DNA of 62,426 nt, counting the filler. It is 4 parts of 4 records of this genome, joined end to end, with 100 filler letters (N's around TTAATTAATTAA, not from the genome) between each part and the next. Parts side by side here need not be neighbours in the genome. Positions count along the whole stretch, not along the records: positions 1 to 28,649 come from SRR20825019_814; 3 more parts are not named here. One strand, 5' to 3'. Within the stretch, counting starts at the first letter, position 1. Every line of letters begins with the position of its first letter. The translations under genes and the position numbers were made by a program. Under the pieces are notes generated by a model, which saw nothing but the letters and a program-made list of their open reading frames with translations, was not told the origin of the DNA and searched no databases. Of the stretch, positions 1-12,001 are shown piece by piece.

Positions 1-459
1 GGGGGGGGGGGGGGGGGGGGGGCGGGACCTGCGCTTGAGTGGCTAGGGCGTCGTGTCGTCCGCACTGATCCCATTCATAGTTGCGATCAGATCACGGCGC
101 GACCTGAACCGGCCGTCAGGCCCCGCGTGCCGTCCGTCTCACGTCTGTCCGGTGCAGTTGTTGAGACCCACCGCCTAGTGTGACGTCCGCTCAGCCGGCC
201 GGGCGGCGGACGCCCGGGCCCGGAGGCCGAGGGCAGTCCTCGGAAAATTTCGAGCCCAGATGAGGCCGCCGTACGGTCACCGCCGGTCTGGGCGTTCTCA
301 CCCAAATGCATGGGAGTCACCAGTCCGCAGTACAGTGTCGTGCTCACAACATTGTACCCGGGTGATCAGCGGCTCGCACCGAGATTCACGCCCTCAAGCT
401 CAATGGACACGTATCCATTATAAGTAATCAATGAGACATGATGAGTTGCTCAAGGTTTT

Positions 460-3000
460 TTATTCGCTAGCTTCATCAGTCTTCGAAAAAACGCCACGCC
501 GACCAACCCATTGCACCGGCCGAGCATTTTGGCCCACAATCTTTTTGAGCTGGTCTAGTGCCTGCCGGGACATTGGCCTCGGCTTCTGCATGACAATATA
601 CTGCACCCCCTCAAAGCAAGGCGGCGTCGTGACGGAGCCAGTGTACCAGTAGTAGTGATCCTCGCCTCCAGGAGGAATGATCTCTGCGGGGTTGAGCTCC
701 GGTGCAGAACCAGATATCACCGCATTAAACAGATCGAGGCACACGTCATTGTCACCAGTATCAAAGAAGACAGAGATGATGAGGATGCGGCCCGAAATGG
801 GATCGGTGTGGACCAACTGAACTTCGGCGTCGTGGACGGTACCGTTGGTTCGATGCTCGGAAGGAGTGTGGATGTGAATCTGCTTCAGCTTGTACTCCAC
901 TGAGTCAAACACCATCGACGATGAGTGATGAGGCAGCGAAACCACCAGCGCGCGGGCGGACTTGTGCACATCAATGTCGGAGGCCAGCTCGTACTTGAGC
1001 TTGACCTTCTGTAGGGAGCTATCCAGTACAATACTGTCATCCGTAATGTCGATGGGTGACTGGTGGTTGCCCGTGCCACAAAGCGAAAAGGAGGAATCGA
1101 GTGATTGCCACGCCGACGGACCGTTCCGGTTATCTTTTGTGCTGTAATCCCACTTCCCCACAGAATAGTCGCCATATTGCAGCAGCCATGCCGCGGCCTG
1201 CTGACTCGCGATCTGCTGTTCCCACTGCTCCTCAGGAGAAAGCTCCTTCTGCTCAGACGCTACAGGCACCACCACACTGTCCTTCTTACCGGACTTCCCG
1301 GCTTGGATGATATCCTTTGCCCCAGCACCATGAGCCACTGGAGTCTCCGCATGTGCGGCCGCGCCTGAGGCCATGGCTGTCACCTCGGTGTCACCGTTCT
1401 GCTCATCGTGCTCACGAGGGTGATGATGGTGGCGAGGCCTGTTGTGATAATGATCATCGTGCCTCTTCAGCATTGCCCCAGGAAGATTGCCCCGCCCATC
1501 CCGTGCCACCCTCGACTTGGCCACCACGGCGACTTCGTGGGGAAGACCGTATCCTGGCCTCTCACTCAGATCCGCAACGCTCACTTTCATGTTGCGCTTG
1601 TGCCTCGCCTCCTTGTGGTGATGAGTGGCACGCCTGGCCTTATCCTCCCGCTTACGACCGTGACCATGGCGGCTCCGTCGGTCCTCATGGTGGCGCATGC
1701 CTTCATCACGGCGCCCCCTGCCCTCACCAGCCCTAACGTGGTCCCGACGGTGGCCTCTATGGCGGTCAGAGCGACCTTCGCTGTGGTCCTCCTTGCGGCG
1801 TGTGTGGTCAACCTTGCTGGAATGATCCCTCCTTTCATCGGCCCGGCCCTCATGGTGCGACGGACGCTCATCCATCTCAGGGCTACTCCGATGCTCAGCA
1901 GACTCATGGACATGACGACGATGCGCTCGCCTGCTTTCCCTCCGGCGATGCCGGGCCCGCTCACCTTCACGGCCTTCATGATCGCCCTTTCTATCGTGAC
2001 GCCCAGATTCCCTCTTGTACCTGTGAGAGGACCGATCATCACGGCGACGATGCCCGCGTGAGTCCCGCCGCTTGTGGTGTAGAGGCCTTTCCGAAAGATC
2101 GGCGTCGCCCTCCTTAAAACGTTCGGCATCCGACTTCCCCTTCTCCACGTCGTCATCCTCAGAGTCCGAATCGTCGCCCGAGTCAGTTTCGCGAGCTTCA
2201 TCGGCGCCGGATGGATCATCCTGGTCATCAGATACCTCCCTATCATCCGGGTCCTTATCATCTGAACTACCCTTCCTCCCATCACGAGCTTCCCTTCTTC
2301 CCCGCCGTTCGTCTAAATCTGAAGATTCGCGCCGCCGACTATCGCGATCGTCTTGCTCCTCTTCCTCATCTTGATCTTGATCGTCATCTGACGAGCCCTC
2401 GCCTTCGTCTTCTTCAGATCCCTCAGCGTCCACCTCGCGCTCTGCTTCTTTTTCCGCTTCAATTTTCCTGTGACGTAATGCCCTCTCCACTGCGTGTGTG
2501 TGCGCCGGCTTATCTCGGCCGATGTGCATGCTCCGTCGTTCATCCAACTCAACGTCGTCTTCGCGTTTCAAGCTACGACGACGGCCCCTTCGGTCCTCGT
2601 TGTCCCTGTGACCTTTGTCCTCGCCATACTCTTCCCGCTCACTACGACGCCTGTCGCCACGACGTCTTGCACGACCCCTGTGTTCATAATGGCGCCTGGA
2701 GTAGTGACGGCGTTCGTGGCGCCGGTGAGAGTTGCGTTCCTCCGTTTCATCCTGGTCCTCTTCTCCGTTCAGAGGAGAGAGACCCTCACCATCATCCCAA
2801 GACGTTGAACCCTCCTCATCTGTGTACGGCCTCACCCTGTGCTTGGGCTTAGATGGTTCTGCCGCTGCATCAAGGTACGGGCGTACGCGGTGCTCGGGCT
2901 GTGGAACCTCAAGAACGTCGAAGTGCATATCACTAGTAGTGGCAACAACTGCGACCACGCAAGTCGCCGCCACAACATAACTCCACTTCGATGGGCTCAT
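460..3000 (-). CDS. Secreted alpha-carbonic anhydrase-family protein with a ~550-aa charged low-complexity N-terminal extension
   Basis: Intronless 846-aa ORF with an N-terminal hydrophobic signal-like segment. The C-terminal ~230 aa carry alpha-CA motifs WDY..GP..W, C..G..QSPIDI, QIHIH..SEH, YTGSVTTPPC.EGV and NARPVQ. The third Zn ligand position reads EVQLVH. Confidence 0.9.
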   Translation of the reverse strand: MSPSKWSYVVAATCVVAVVATTSDMHFDVLEVPQPEHRVRPYLDAAAEPSKPKHRVRPYTDEEGSTSWDDGEGLSPLNGEEDQDETEERNSHRRHERRHYSRRHYEHRGRARRRGDRRRSEREEYGEDKGHRDNEDRRGRRRSLKREDDVELDERRSMHIGRDKPAHTHAVERALRHRKIEAEKEAEREVDAEGSEEDEGEGSSDDDQDQDEEEEQDDRDSRRRESSDLDERRGRREARDGRKGSSDDKDPDDREVSDDQDDPSGADEARETDSGDDSDSEDDDVEKGKSDAERFKEGDADLSERPLHHKRRDSRGHRRRDDRSSHRYKRESGRHDRKGDHEGREGERARHRRRESRRAHRRHVHESAEHRSSPEMDERPSHHEGRADERRDHSSKVDHTRRKEDHSEGRSDRHRGHRRDHVRAGEGRGRRDEGMRHHEDRRSRHGHGRKREDKARRATHHHKEARHKRNMKVSVADLSERPGYGLPHEVAVVAKSRVARDGRGNLPGAMLKRHDDHYHNRPRHHHHPREHDEQNGDTEVTAMASGAAAHAETPVAHGAGAKDIIQAGKSGKKDSVVVPVASEQKELSPEEQWEQQIASQQAAAWLLQYGDYSVGKWDYSTKDNRNGPSAWQSLDSSFSLCGTGNHQSPIDITDDSIVLDSSLQKVKLKYELASDIDVHKSARALVVSLPHHSSSMVFDSVEYKLKQIHIHTPSEHRTNGTVHDAEVQLVHTDPISGRILIISVFFDTGDNDVCLDLFNAVISGSAPELNPAEIIPPGGEDHYYWYTGSVTTPPCFEGVQYIVMQKPRPMSRQALDQLKKIVGQNARPVQWVGRRGVFSKTDEASE

Positions 3001-3576
3001 GCTGAGGCAGTTAGCATTTCAACAGTTTGTAGATGCTCAGCTTAATGCTTACATGTTGAGAGAGAACATTATAAATAGTGCAAACCTTGCACAGACGAGC
3101 ATTCCCGTGACGCGAGTTTGACGCTGGGCGACTGACGACAGCCAACAGGCTCAGGCTAAGGCTCCTCTAGGAACAGGCCAGCTAGCAGCGGACGGCAGAA
3201 CCCAGGCCTTGCAATAACCAACAACGGACGACCATTACAGCTCTGCACACGGGGCCATGACGGGCCGCCTGGCCGTAGCCTCCGTGCCGGGCCGCGTGCC
3301 GGAGTCCTCAGTGGCCGGGCCAGGAGGCCCGCCCCCCGGAGAGGCGTAGGATTTTTTTCAGCCCATCCAAGGCGGCGGCACTCTCAATCAAATGAAAAGC
3401 CATTATATCGAGATAATCGTTTAATTGGATCCATGATAGTTTCGAGGTCTATCACTTTCGCTAGGCCTCGTAACCGTGTTGGCATTTGCACTGCGGGCCA
3501 CCGCGCGCGGATGCGCTTGGATTCAGAACCCGGCTCCCCACCGTTGCCAGCGGCGTCAACCTCACCGCCCCGTCGC

Positions 3577-5124
3577 TTAGCTCTGCAATACTTTGAGCAG
3601 GCTCGGGGTGCCAATATTGGCGCCGCACATCACCAGCACCACCTTTTTTCCGGCCAACTCTGGCGCCTTTTTAAAATATGCTGCCACCGCACACCCAGCG
3701 GATCCTGGACAGCACGAGTCAATGCCTGACGAAAGTCCTGTTCAGCTCACGTACCTTCAATAATCTTGTGATGGTTTTCCACGACGAACCGAAGTCCGCT
3801 GGCAATTTCTTCCTCAGAAACCTGCGTACTGCAGTCAACGACAAGAACAACTAGAGGTAGTGCAGAGAGATCCGCACCAGCACAAACTCATCCACAAATT
3901 TGGAACATATGTCGAAAGTGATGCAGCCGGGCTCTATTCCCCCGGCCGTTCCATCGGACAAGGTGGGAAAAGACTCCATGTCCAATATCTTCTTCGCTTC
4001 AACAGACCTAGGACACTCGGTAAGAGCCAATCAGTTGACATTAGAGACAACCCAACTTGGCCATCACTGGTGAGTTTACAGGTTGGCAGCCATATACTGT
4101 TGCACTTGGCAAAGCACCTTTAAGATAACCTGTGAGGGTCTAAGAGCCGGATTCAACAGCCTGGAGCGTCATTCATCATACCGCCGATTCCAGATATGAG
4201 ACCACCGCCTCCAACAGGGACGAACACAGCGTCGATGTCCCCGACTTGGTCAATAATCTCTTTGGCGATCGTGCCCTGCGAAATATAAAATCAGAACTTC
4301 ATCGCACACAGACCCTTTAAATTGGGGGCAAGTCGCACCTGCCCGGCAATGACAGCACAGTCGCTGTACGGCGAGACAAAGAAGGCGCCATTCTCATCTG
4401 CATATTCGTGGGCGCGGATCTCTGTCATCACACAGTCTGTTCCAAATTTCACCAGTTCTGCCCCACTGTAAAATGCTGTGCCAAAAATGGAGTCTGGTTA
4501 GCTCACACCCTGCCTGGCTTCCAATGCAATGGTATCACGTTACAGTACCTAGATTCTCCTCCTTGGCCTTCGCAATAGTCTCTGGAACGAAAATCTGTCC
4601 GCTAAGCTTCAAAGCATCAAAAGCGTGGGCTGGACATCAAGAGTTAGCGTAACTACTCGTTTTTATTCAGTACCACAGACAGTCTTACCGCAAGCCAGAG
4701 CATGGTTTCCGGTGGATGCTGTCACAAGACCCTTCTGAATCTGCACCGCAGGCACCGATAGTTAATAATATATTTGACGGCATAACAGTCCAAACGTCGT
4801 CCCACCTGTTCGTTGGGCAGGGATAGCAGTCTATTGAAGGCCCCGCGAGCCTTGAAGCTTCCAGTCACCTGCTGGGACTCCAACTTCAGGTACACATCGG
4901 GATGATCGCGGGAGAGGTTTTTTGCAACAGCGTATTGCGAGAGTGGCCTCGAGAGCTCACATGGTGTCTTATACACGTGGGGAGAGATCCGTTCTGCCGC
5001 TATAACGGGAGACAGTGTCAACCTCTAGGGACCGGGGTGGGTATATTCTCAACCGAGCACTACCTTCATCCACAGCCTTGAGGTACTCTGCGGGGTTAAG
5101 GTAGTCAAAGTCGCCTTGAATCAT
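3577..5124 (-). CDS. PLP-dependent threonine/serine dehydratase (fold type II, no ACT domains); multi-exon, start uncertain
   Basis: Spliced exons give KLESQQVTGSFKARGA (PLP lysine), VTASTGNHALA, IAGQGTIAKEI..DAVFVPVGGGGLISG and GSAGCAVAA..KVVLVMCGANI, ending at TAA 3577-3579. Short GT-AG introns separate them. Confidence 0.85.
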
Positions 5125-5820
5125 TGTCGAGCCAGTCTTATTAACTACCGGGGGCACCGTCTGATAGTAGCACCCACTTACTCTCGCAAAGTTATCCCAT
5201 ATTTCTTTCTTGTACACTTGACGGCTTGCAAGGTCTGATGGTGTCCCGGCAGGGGCTGAGAACAACACCAGTCACCCAGTGGTGTTCGGCGGTGGCAGGT
5301 GGAGTCTCGGTCAGGAGTGACGCGTGCCGTGTGGCCGCGGCAGTCACGGCGGCCGGTGAGAGCCGGAGCCACCCGACTGCGGCGGCCCGAGGGGCCGGGC
5401 CCCGCGTGACGGTCGGGCGCGGCCGGCCCGGGCCCGGCCGGAGCCCGCCGAGCGCGCGGGAGGCCGGCCGTCACGCAGTGGAGTACGCGGGCTGTCCGAG
5501 TGTCCGGCCCGGCCGGGTCCCGCGGCACGCGGGGCGCCGGCTGACGCGGTCCGTCGGATGCCCCAGGGAGGCTCTCTCTGGCGTTAGTTGACACGGCCGC
5601 CACGAGTGGCTGAGCGCTCGAAAGCCATAACAAAAGAACAGACACTAACATGACGGATGAAGGTAATTTATTCGCATACAGCAAAGAGCGCTAGGAGAAC
5701 TCAAAGCACATCCCACAGCCATAGCAGGATGCCGCTTGACGGAAGCATGGGCCGCCCGCCCACTAGCGAAAACAGCGTTTCCAGGGCATATCAAGTCCAA
5801 CATAAGGCGAGAAAGACTAC

Positions 5821-7330
5821 TTATCCCTCCAACAGCCAATCCATATGGAAAGTACCGTACTCGTCAATGGTCGAGAAGTTCGACTGCAGCGCAAGCTCTG
5901 GCTGGGCCTGAGGATGGCCAGTAAGATGCATAAATAAGGTCGCCTCATCGACGTCGTCATCATTTGTCCTATCCAGTGCATCTAGGGCCTCAAGGAATGA
6001 CAGGCCACCATCCTTAGATGAAGACTTCAACATGCTAGCAGGTGGGAGAGGAACTGTGGTTCCTGTTGCCTGGCTAGTGGCAGCACTGCTCGCTGCATGC
6101 TGGTCGACTTCCACACTGAAGCTGTTATTCCTTGGCCTTTCAACCTTCACATCGGTGATTTGGCGTTGAGGCTCACTTGCAGGTGGCGCATTGAACTGCG
6201 ACGGAGGTGCATGTTGGGAATAGTATGCGTGGGGGCTGAGGGGCCTGTCCACGGGATAAGATGGCATTTCGAACGGATCTGAATCCTGCTGGCCAGTGTA
6301 TTGCACGCCCTCCATCTCCTCTTGCTTGATATTCTCGCCATTGGTTTCCTTCTTCATGGACTCTTCCACAGCTGCCTTCACTTGACGGATCTTCAAGTTA
6401 CACTTTTTCACTGCACTCTTGACCTTCACCTGAGTGTGCGGTTGCTGAATCAGCTGGGACTTCTTCTCAAGCAGTTTTGTGATTTCTTTTCCAAGTTTCG
6501 ACCTGTCTTTTTCAGAAGGCAGTTCGGGCACTGCTGACACTGCGGAAAGGTTATTGATGCACCTATCCAAAGATCGAATTTTCCTTTGAGGCCACCGCTG
6601 AATGCCATTGCGCCTGCACACGCGCTTCAAAACCGTGGCGCACACCCCAAGTTCCTTGGCGGCATCGTTGATCGGCAAATGGAAAAACTGAGACAACTCC
6701 TGAAAAGTAATTGTCTGAGATCTCGGCACAGGCTTGGAGGAGTTCCCAGTAACACCGTTTCGCTGTTGCTTGGCCGCAGCCTCATGTGCCAGATCGATAT
6801 TTCCCAAAGACTGTACGCGACGGACATATTGGTCTTGTTGACTGTCGACTGGTGCTCCCCCTCCCAACTGACCCATGCTGCCTGGGTTCATCGTTTGGCC
6901 CCCATCTGCAGCATGAAACTGCTGCTCTAGTGAGAGATTGTGTTGTGCGGCACCAAGAGACTTGGTCCTACGAAGACCACCACCGGAACCAGCAGGCTGC
7001 GACTGAGACTGCGCTTGAACGCCCATATTGAACCGACTTGATGGCGCGACAGTATTTCCGATACCCTCCGCAAGATTGATCTCGTGTTCCTTCACCGGTG
7101 CAAGCGACTCCCGTGCCTGAGAAAATAAACACATAATTAGATCCTGCCATATGAAGCCACTCTGGTTAACATACCCAGTCATCATTGAGACCGAACTTGT
7201 GAGGTGATTCAAACCCCTGAAGCTCCGGCATAGCAGCGCTCCAGGGATCATGTGTGCCGCCTTGCCCATTGTTTTCAACATCCAACCAAGCAAGAAAAGA
7301 AGATGACAACTCAAGCTCCCGAATATCCAT
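5821..7330 (-). CDS. RWP-RK domain transcription factor (one intron, 7117-7174)
   Basis: ITFQELSQFFHLPINDAAKELGVCATVLKRVCRRNGIQRWPQRKIRSL is the RWP-RK signature. An upstream exon MDIRELEL..NDDW joins in phase through a 58-nt GT-AG intron. Confidence 0.9.
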
Positions 7331-7781
7331 AGTGAATATCACTGCGGAGGCTGTGATCATACTTGATGATGCAAGCACATATCTTTACAACTGTGCCCCT
7401 AACGATTCACTGTTGTAGGAGCAGAGGCAACGCAGGCAGCGCTTGAACGTCGCTATTCTCCACCTATTGAAAGGTTGCACAACAGCCGTTGCTCGGTTGC
7501 GAGTGAGGCGGCCATTTCTCCTCGACAGGCCAACAGAAACAGAGATGGTTGCAAGTTCTCAGCCAAAAGAAGCAAGCCTTGATCCAGCGTGTCTACACCA
7601 AGCGTCAACGCAAAGTCTACCGAAGAGGTATGTGGGCCTCACAGTCGGTGTCAGCATAAGGCCAGATCGCAAGAACCGCGCTTTTGTTTTGCATCTGGGA
7701 GCCGCCGCGGAGCCAACCAGCGGTCGCGAACTTGGCCTCCCCGCCACCCAGCGGCCAGGGCCGGCGGGCCCTGATCCTCCT

Positions 7782-7853
7782 ACTCGCGGGGGCTGACACG
7801 GAGCGCGTGGGAACTCGCGGGGGCACACAGAGCGCGTGGGAACTCGCGGGGGC
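7782..7853. repeat. Short direct repeat: two exact copies of GAGCGCGTGGGAACTCGCGGGGGC plus a partial copy
   Basis: Exact 24-nt copies at 7801-7824 and 7830-7853, and a partial ACTCGCGGGGGC at 7782-7793. Confidence 0.9.
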
Positions 7854-9403
7854 CCGGCCTGCAAAAATTCGCCGGCGAGGGGATCAGGTTCTCTCTCTCT
7901 GTGTAGCTTGAGCGGGTGGCGGGCGGGGGGGGGGTATGATAACGACATGGTTCACTAGCGGCGGTGGTGTGTCAGGTGTGAGGTGTCTGCAAGCCAGCAG
8001 AGTGATGGCCGCCCCCTGGGGCTGGCTCCATGCGTGGTACGCTAATACGCTTTTCAGGATTGATTGGAGTTTGCAGCACGTCAAAGCCTAGGCCAAAACC
8101 ACTGGTTCCAAAAAAAGACACCACACGAAATGCTCCGGAAGGCTCGCTCCGTGTGCATCGCCAACGTGCCACCTTGCTGATGACAAGATCCCACCGAAAG
8201 CAAATCCCGCGCCAAGCTGGGGCTTGCATGGTGGCACTGTTGCAAGGTCAGAGTGAGTTGGCGCGGTTTTAGGCTGTGCCTTTTGAGTACTCTTGTGACA
8301 CCAAAAATATGCACAGATGTGCATCTGAGCAGAAAATGGCGGGTAATGATGGCTTGGCTGCGATGATTGTTTGGAGTCGTTTATGGAGTCTGCGTTGGTT
8401 CAGAGGACCTTCCTCAAGAGTGGTCCCGTCCGCCTGGTGAGTGCCGGCACTGTCGGGTCGTGCCGGCGGCCCTATGATCACTGCCGCCCGGTCCCGCCAC
8501 CCGGACCACGGCCGTGCCGGCGGGCGGGCTGAACCGGACCGACGCAGCGTCACCCTCCCACGGCACGGCGGGGCGCGGCCCGGCGGGCCCCGGCCGCCCG
8601 GAGGCGCGGGCCGGGCTGGGCCAGGCCGTCCCGGGCATGATGGGCGGCGGTGGCGGTGCGCACCAGGAGTGGCCGGCTGGCAACGCGAACGCCGTGCTCA
8701 CCGTTTCTCACCTAGCAGTCACCGGCGGCCAACATCACTCAACTGGTTTGCACAGCCCCTCCAGAAGCGCTGCCCTCGCCTCGCCGGCCAACGCAACCCA
8801 CAACATTGCTCATATCTATCAATGGGCCTTAGGAATAGTGATACTAGGGTGAAGTGGGACATTTGACATGACTGGTGGGCCCAACAGGCTTGTGCTTGCA
8901 GTAAGGGAAATATCCCATGCCCACCAAGCCTCTTTGCAGAGGCGTCATTCCCCACCTGGTAGTGCTGACGACGAAGTGTCCCTTCCCGCTCCGCTTCGAG
9001 CTACTGCCCGTGGCCGACAACGTGCTTTCATGAGGAAACCAGGTTGCGACGATGACATTCTATGAATTTCGCTCGCGCTTAGAGTATATTGTCACTTAAG
9101 AATTCTCAACTGTGGTTCTGGGAGAATAGAATCTACCGGCGTTTTTATTGCGTACCACATTTAGAGTGTTGAGTGTTCTGTCTATTTTATGGAGGTATTG
9201 TCTGTCTCCTTAGGCAGGTCGAACATGGACGACTTGCAAGTATGACAACGCTGTAGGACTTTCGAAGCTGTCGGCTAGAGCATGGAGTCATACGGCTCCA
9301 TCAATGGGTGCACTTCAATAAATAATAAGCCTGCCTCGCTTCTATTGATGCTCTGCCTGAGGTTTGTTGAGAACAGGCTAAGGCTGCAGTACAATCACTG
9401 CAC

Positions 9404-10613
9404 TCAAGAGTATTTCTGCACCTGCGGGAGTACAGAATTAGCCTAGATACTTGAGAAACGACAACACAAACTTACGCTCTTCGCTGTTTCAGGGCGGCCC
9501 TGACCATTGGCATCCTCTTCGTCATCGTCGAGACCCAGTTTCGGAAAAGCGGGTAACTGCGCGGCAGAAGGCGCCTTGGGAAACGCCGGAATCTCGCCCA
9601 TTGGATTGGGGAAGGCAGGGATTTCTCCAACCATAACGATCCCAGCAAGTTGGTCCTGAGATGAATAGCTGCGCGCCATCTCCAATTCTTGGATGTATTT
9701 TTGCTGGGCCATGACTTGCTGCTGTTGAAGCTGCTGTTGTTGCATAAACATGGCAACTTCTGGTGAGGGACCTTGTGGCACTGAAGGAGTCTGGAGAACA
9801 GTGTTATGCAAACAAAAAACAAACTGTGTGTGCCTTACGAGATTTGGGTTGACTCGGCGACGCCTTCCTCTTCCCATGCACGCAAGAACACCGTAGATGA
9901 GTGTGACCCATGGAAGGATAAGGGCCAGCACAACAACTGCAACAAGGAACAATATGGATGCTATGACTGAACATAGAGAATCAGCCACGCGCATATCACT
10001 CCGAGATGCAATAACATACGCAACAGGAAACATCCAATGACGAATGCGGCCATGCATGGGAGACAGAAGACTCCAATGCATGCCAGTGCGACAATCGCAC
10101 CAGTTGCCATAGACCATTCCTCAATCTTGGTGTAAGTGTCCACCGTAATGCTCTGGCTCCCGGAGATATTCGTAATAGTTGCCCTCCAACACTCCCCTGC
10201 AGCTATTGAAAGGTCAAACACTCTTCCCGGACAACCAACAAGAGTCATACAATCAGTGTAGCCATCCAAGTGGGTTTCAGTACCAGCGCCATTGATAGTT
10301 ATTGAAACAAAATTTATCCACACTGACTCCGTGCTCGCCCTCTTTTCGATTACCACTGTGTAGCCGCTCGAGGCTGCATTTACTTAGCAAATGTGCAAGG
10401 TGTACTCCACACTAGCATACCTGTGGACGTAGTTGAGAACGTTAGGCTGGAGTCCGCCGAAACGCAAGTTGAAGATTCAGTTTCAGGCCCGAAACCGTAC
10501 TCCGTTGACGCACTCGCCGCAAGTGTAAAAGAGGCTGAGTACGAGGCAGCATCAATATGTGCAACAAGTGCACAACTCAGGAGGATCAAGATCAGTATGC
10601 GCTTTGGTTGCAT
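9404..10613 (-). CDS. Signal-peptide membrane protein with Cys-rich TM region and Gln/Pro-rich tail (paralog A); multi-exon
   Basis: Signal peptide MQPKRILILILLSCALVAHIDA, beta-rich ectodomain, long hydrophobic segment ending GRGRRRR, polyQ and three PAFP repeats. Last exon VQKYS* ends at TGA 9404-9406. Confidence 0.7.
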
Positions 10614-10849
10614 GCCGTTGAGGCCGTGTCCAAGAAACAGGAGGTCTTCGAGTTCAAATACTCATACTAAAACTCCGCCGCAATGGGCCTGAAGGCCAAC
10701 AGGGGGGTTGGCCTCTTGGATGGAGAGGAACCCTATCGAGCAACGGAAGCAACTCACACCACAAAACCGTAGTAGCCCCACAGTCTGAGGTTCGAGGGGT
10801 CTAGAACCTTGGGCGGGGCCCAACTTCAATGGCAGTATCCTCAACAGCT

Positions 10850-11930
10850 GAAGCTCTGGCGGGGGGCACCCGGCGGCCGGCTACGGCTGGTTCGGCGTGC
10901 CGGGGCCGGCCGGCCGGCCACCGACCCGGAGCGGCTGCCGGCTTGAGCGGAGGGTTCCGTTCATGTCGACACGCTTGCCGCCGATGGCACGGGGGCCGGG
11001 GCCGGGGGCGCGTCTCGCCCGCGCCGCATCGCTGGACGGCGCCGCCGGTGCACGGAGCCGGTGCGGTGGGCCTCAGCGCCTCCCCTCCGGCGGCCGGCCG
11101 ACCCACCGGCGCCGGCGCCGCGTGCTGGCCTCAGCCGCGCAGGCCGGGGCCCGGCCGCCCGGCCGCGCGTCGCGGGGGGGCGATCGCCATCATTCCGGCC
11201 GCCACTGCAACTCGACGGGGCGCTGGCACCGTATAGTCAGTCCGGCAGTGCGGTTCCGGCTGTCCTCGTCCACACCGCGCCGCGGCCTGAGCCGCTGAAA
11301 CTGCCAACTGTCAATAAAATAATAAAAAATCCTTTTTGTGGATATTCAATGTCCTTATAGTTCTAAATACATACACTATTCATCGGTGAGTAAGTACTCT
11401 ACTAGAGTAACAGGTACAAAAATAGTTTATTGGAACAATCGAATGCAAAAATAGCCTCTCATCAGTGCGGTGCTCAGGCTGTGATCGCCACGGTGCGGTA
11501 CCCATCAGAATCGGAAGTACTGTTGCCTGTGGCATGTGCCTTGGCCGGTGCGCTCTCAGGGTCGTGGATCACGCCCGGTCCTCCCGGTGCCCCGCCTGGG
11601 CGTGGAGGCACACCCACTGATGATGACGACCGGCGCCACTGATCCGGCTGGGCCCTTGGCCGCGGCGGTCCGGTCCGGTCGGCGCCGTCTGGCCGGGCGG
11701 CGGCCCGGCATCCGACCCCGCGTCCCCGGCCGGTTGGAGCCGTCCGGCAACGGCCGGACGCAGATCCCAGAGCCTGCCAACCCCAGTGAGAGTCATGCGC
11801 GACAAGTGGCAGCCGTGCCGGCCCCACACGCGAGACCCCCTCGCTCTCCAGAACTTTAGGTCTGGTGCAACTCTGTCGCGGGGCCTTGCAAAACCACGGA
11901 CAGCCGGTCACGGGGCGCCGCGCCGCGCTA
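10850..11930. promoter_or_regulatory. Paired GC islands between divergent genes (putative promoters)
   Basis: Two GGCC/CCGG-rich blocks separated by an AT-rich spacer (~11310-11460), one next to each start codon. Confidence 0.5.
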
Positions 11931-12001
11931 AGTGAAGGCTCACAAACCCTGTCCAAGTGCTGAAGTAACATATCTCCACCACAGTGTACACTACACACCA
12001 T

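Noticed and set aside
1-25. Poly-G run
   Set aside because: Contig-end homopolymer, probably an assembly break or sequencing artefact.
7782-7853. Possible CRISPR array
   Set aside because: Only two full repeats with a 5-nt spacer, eukaryotic context and no cas genes.
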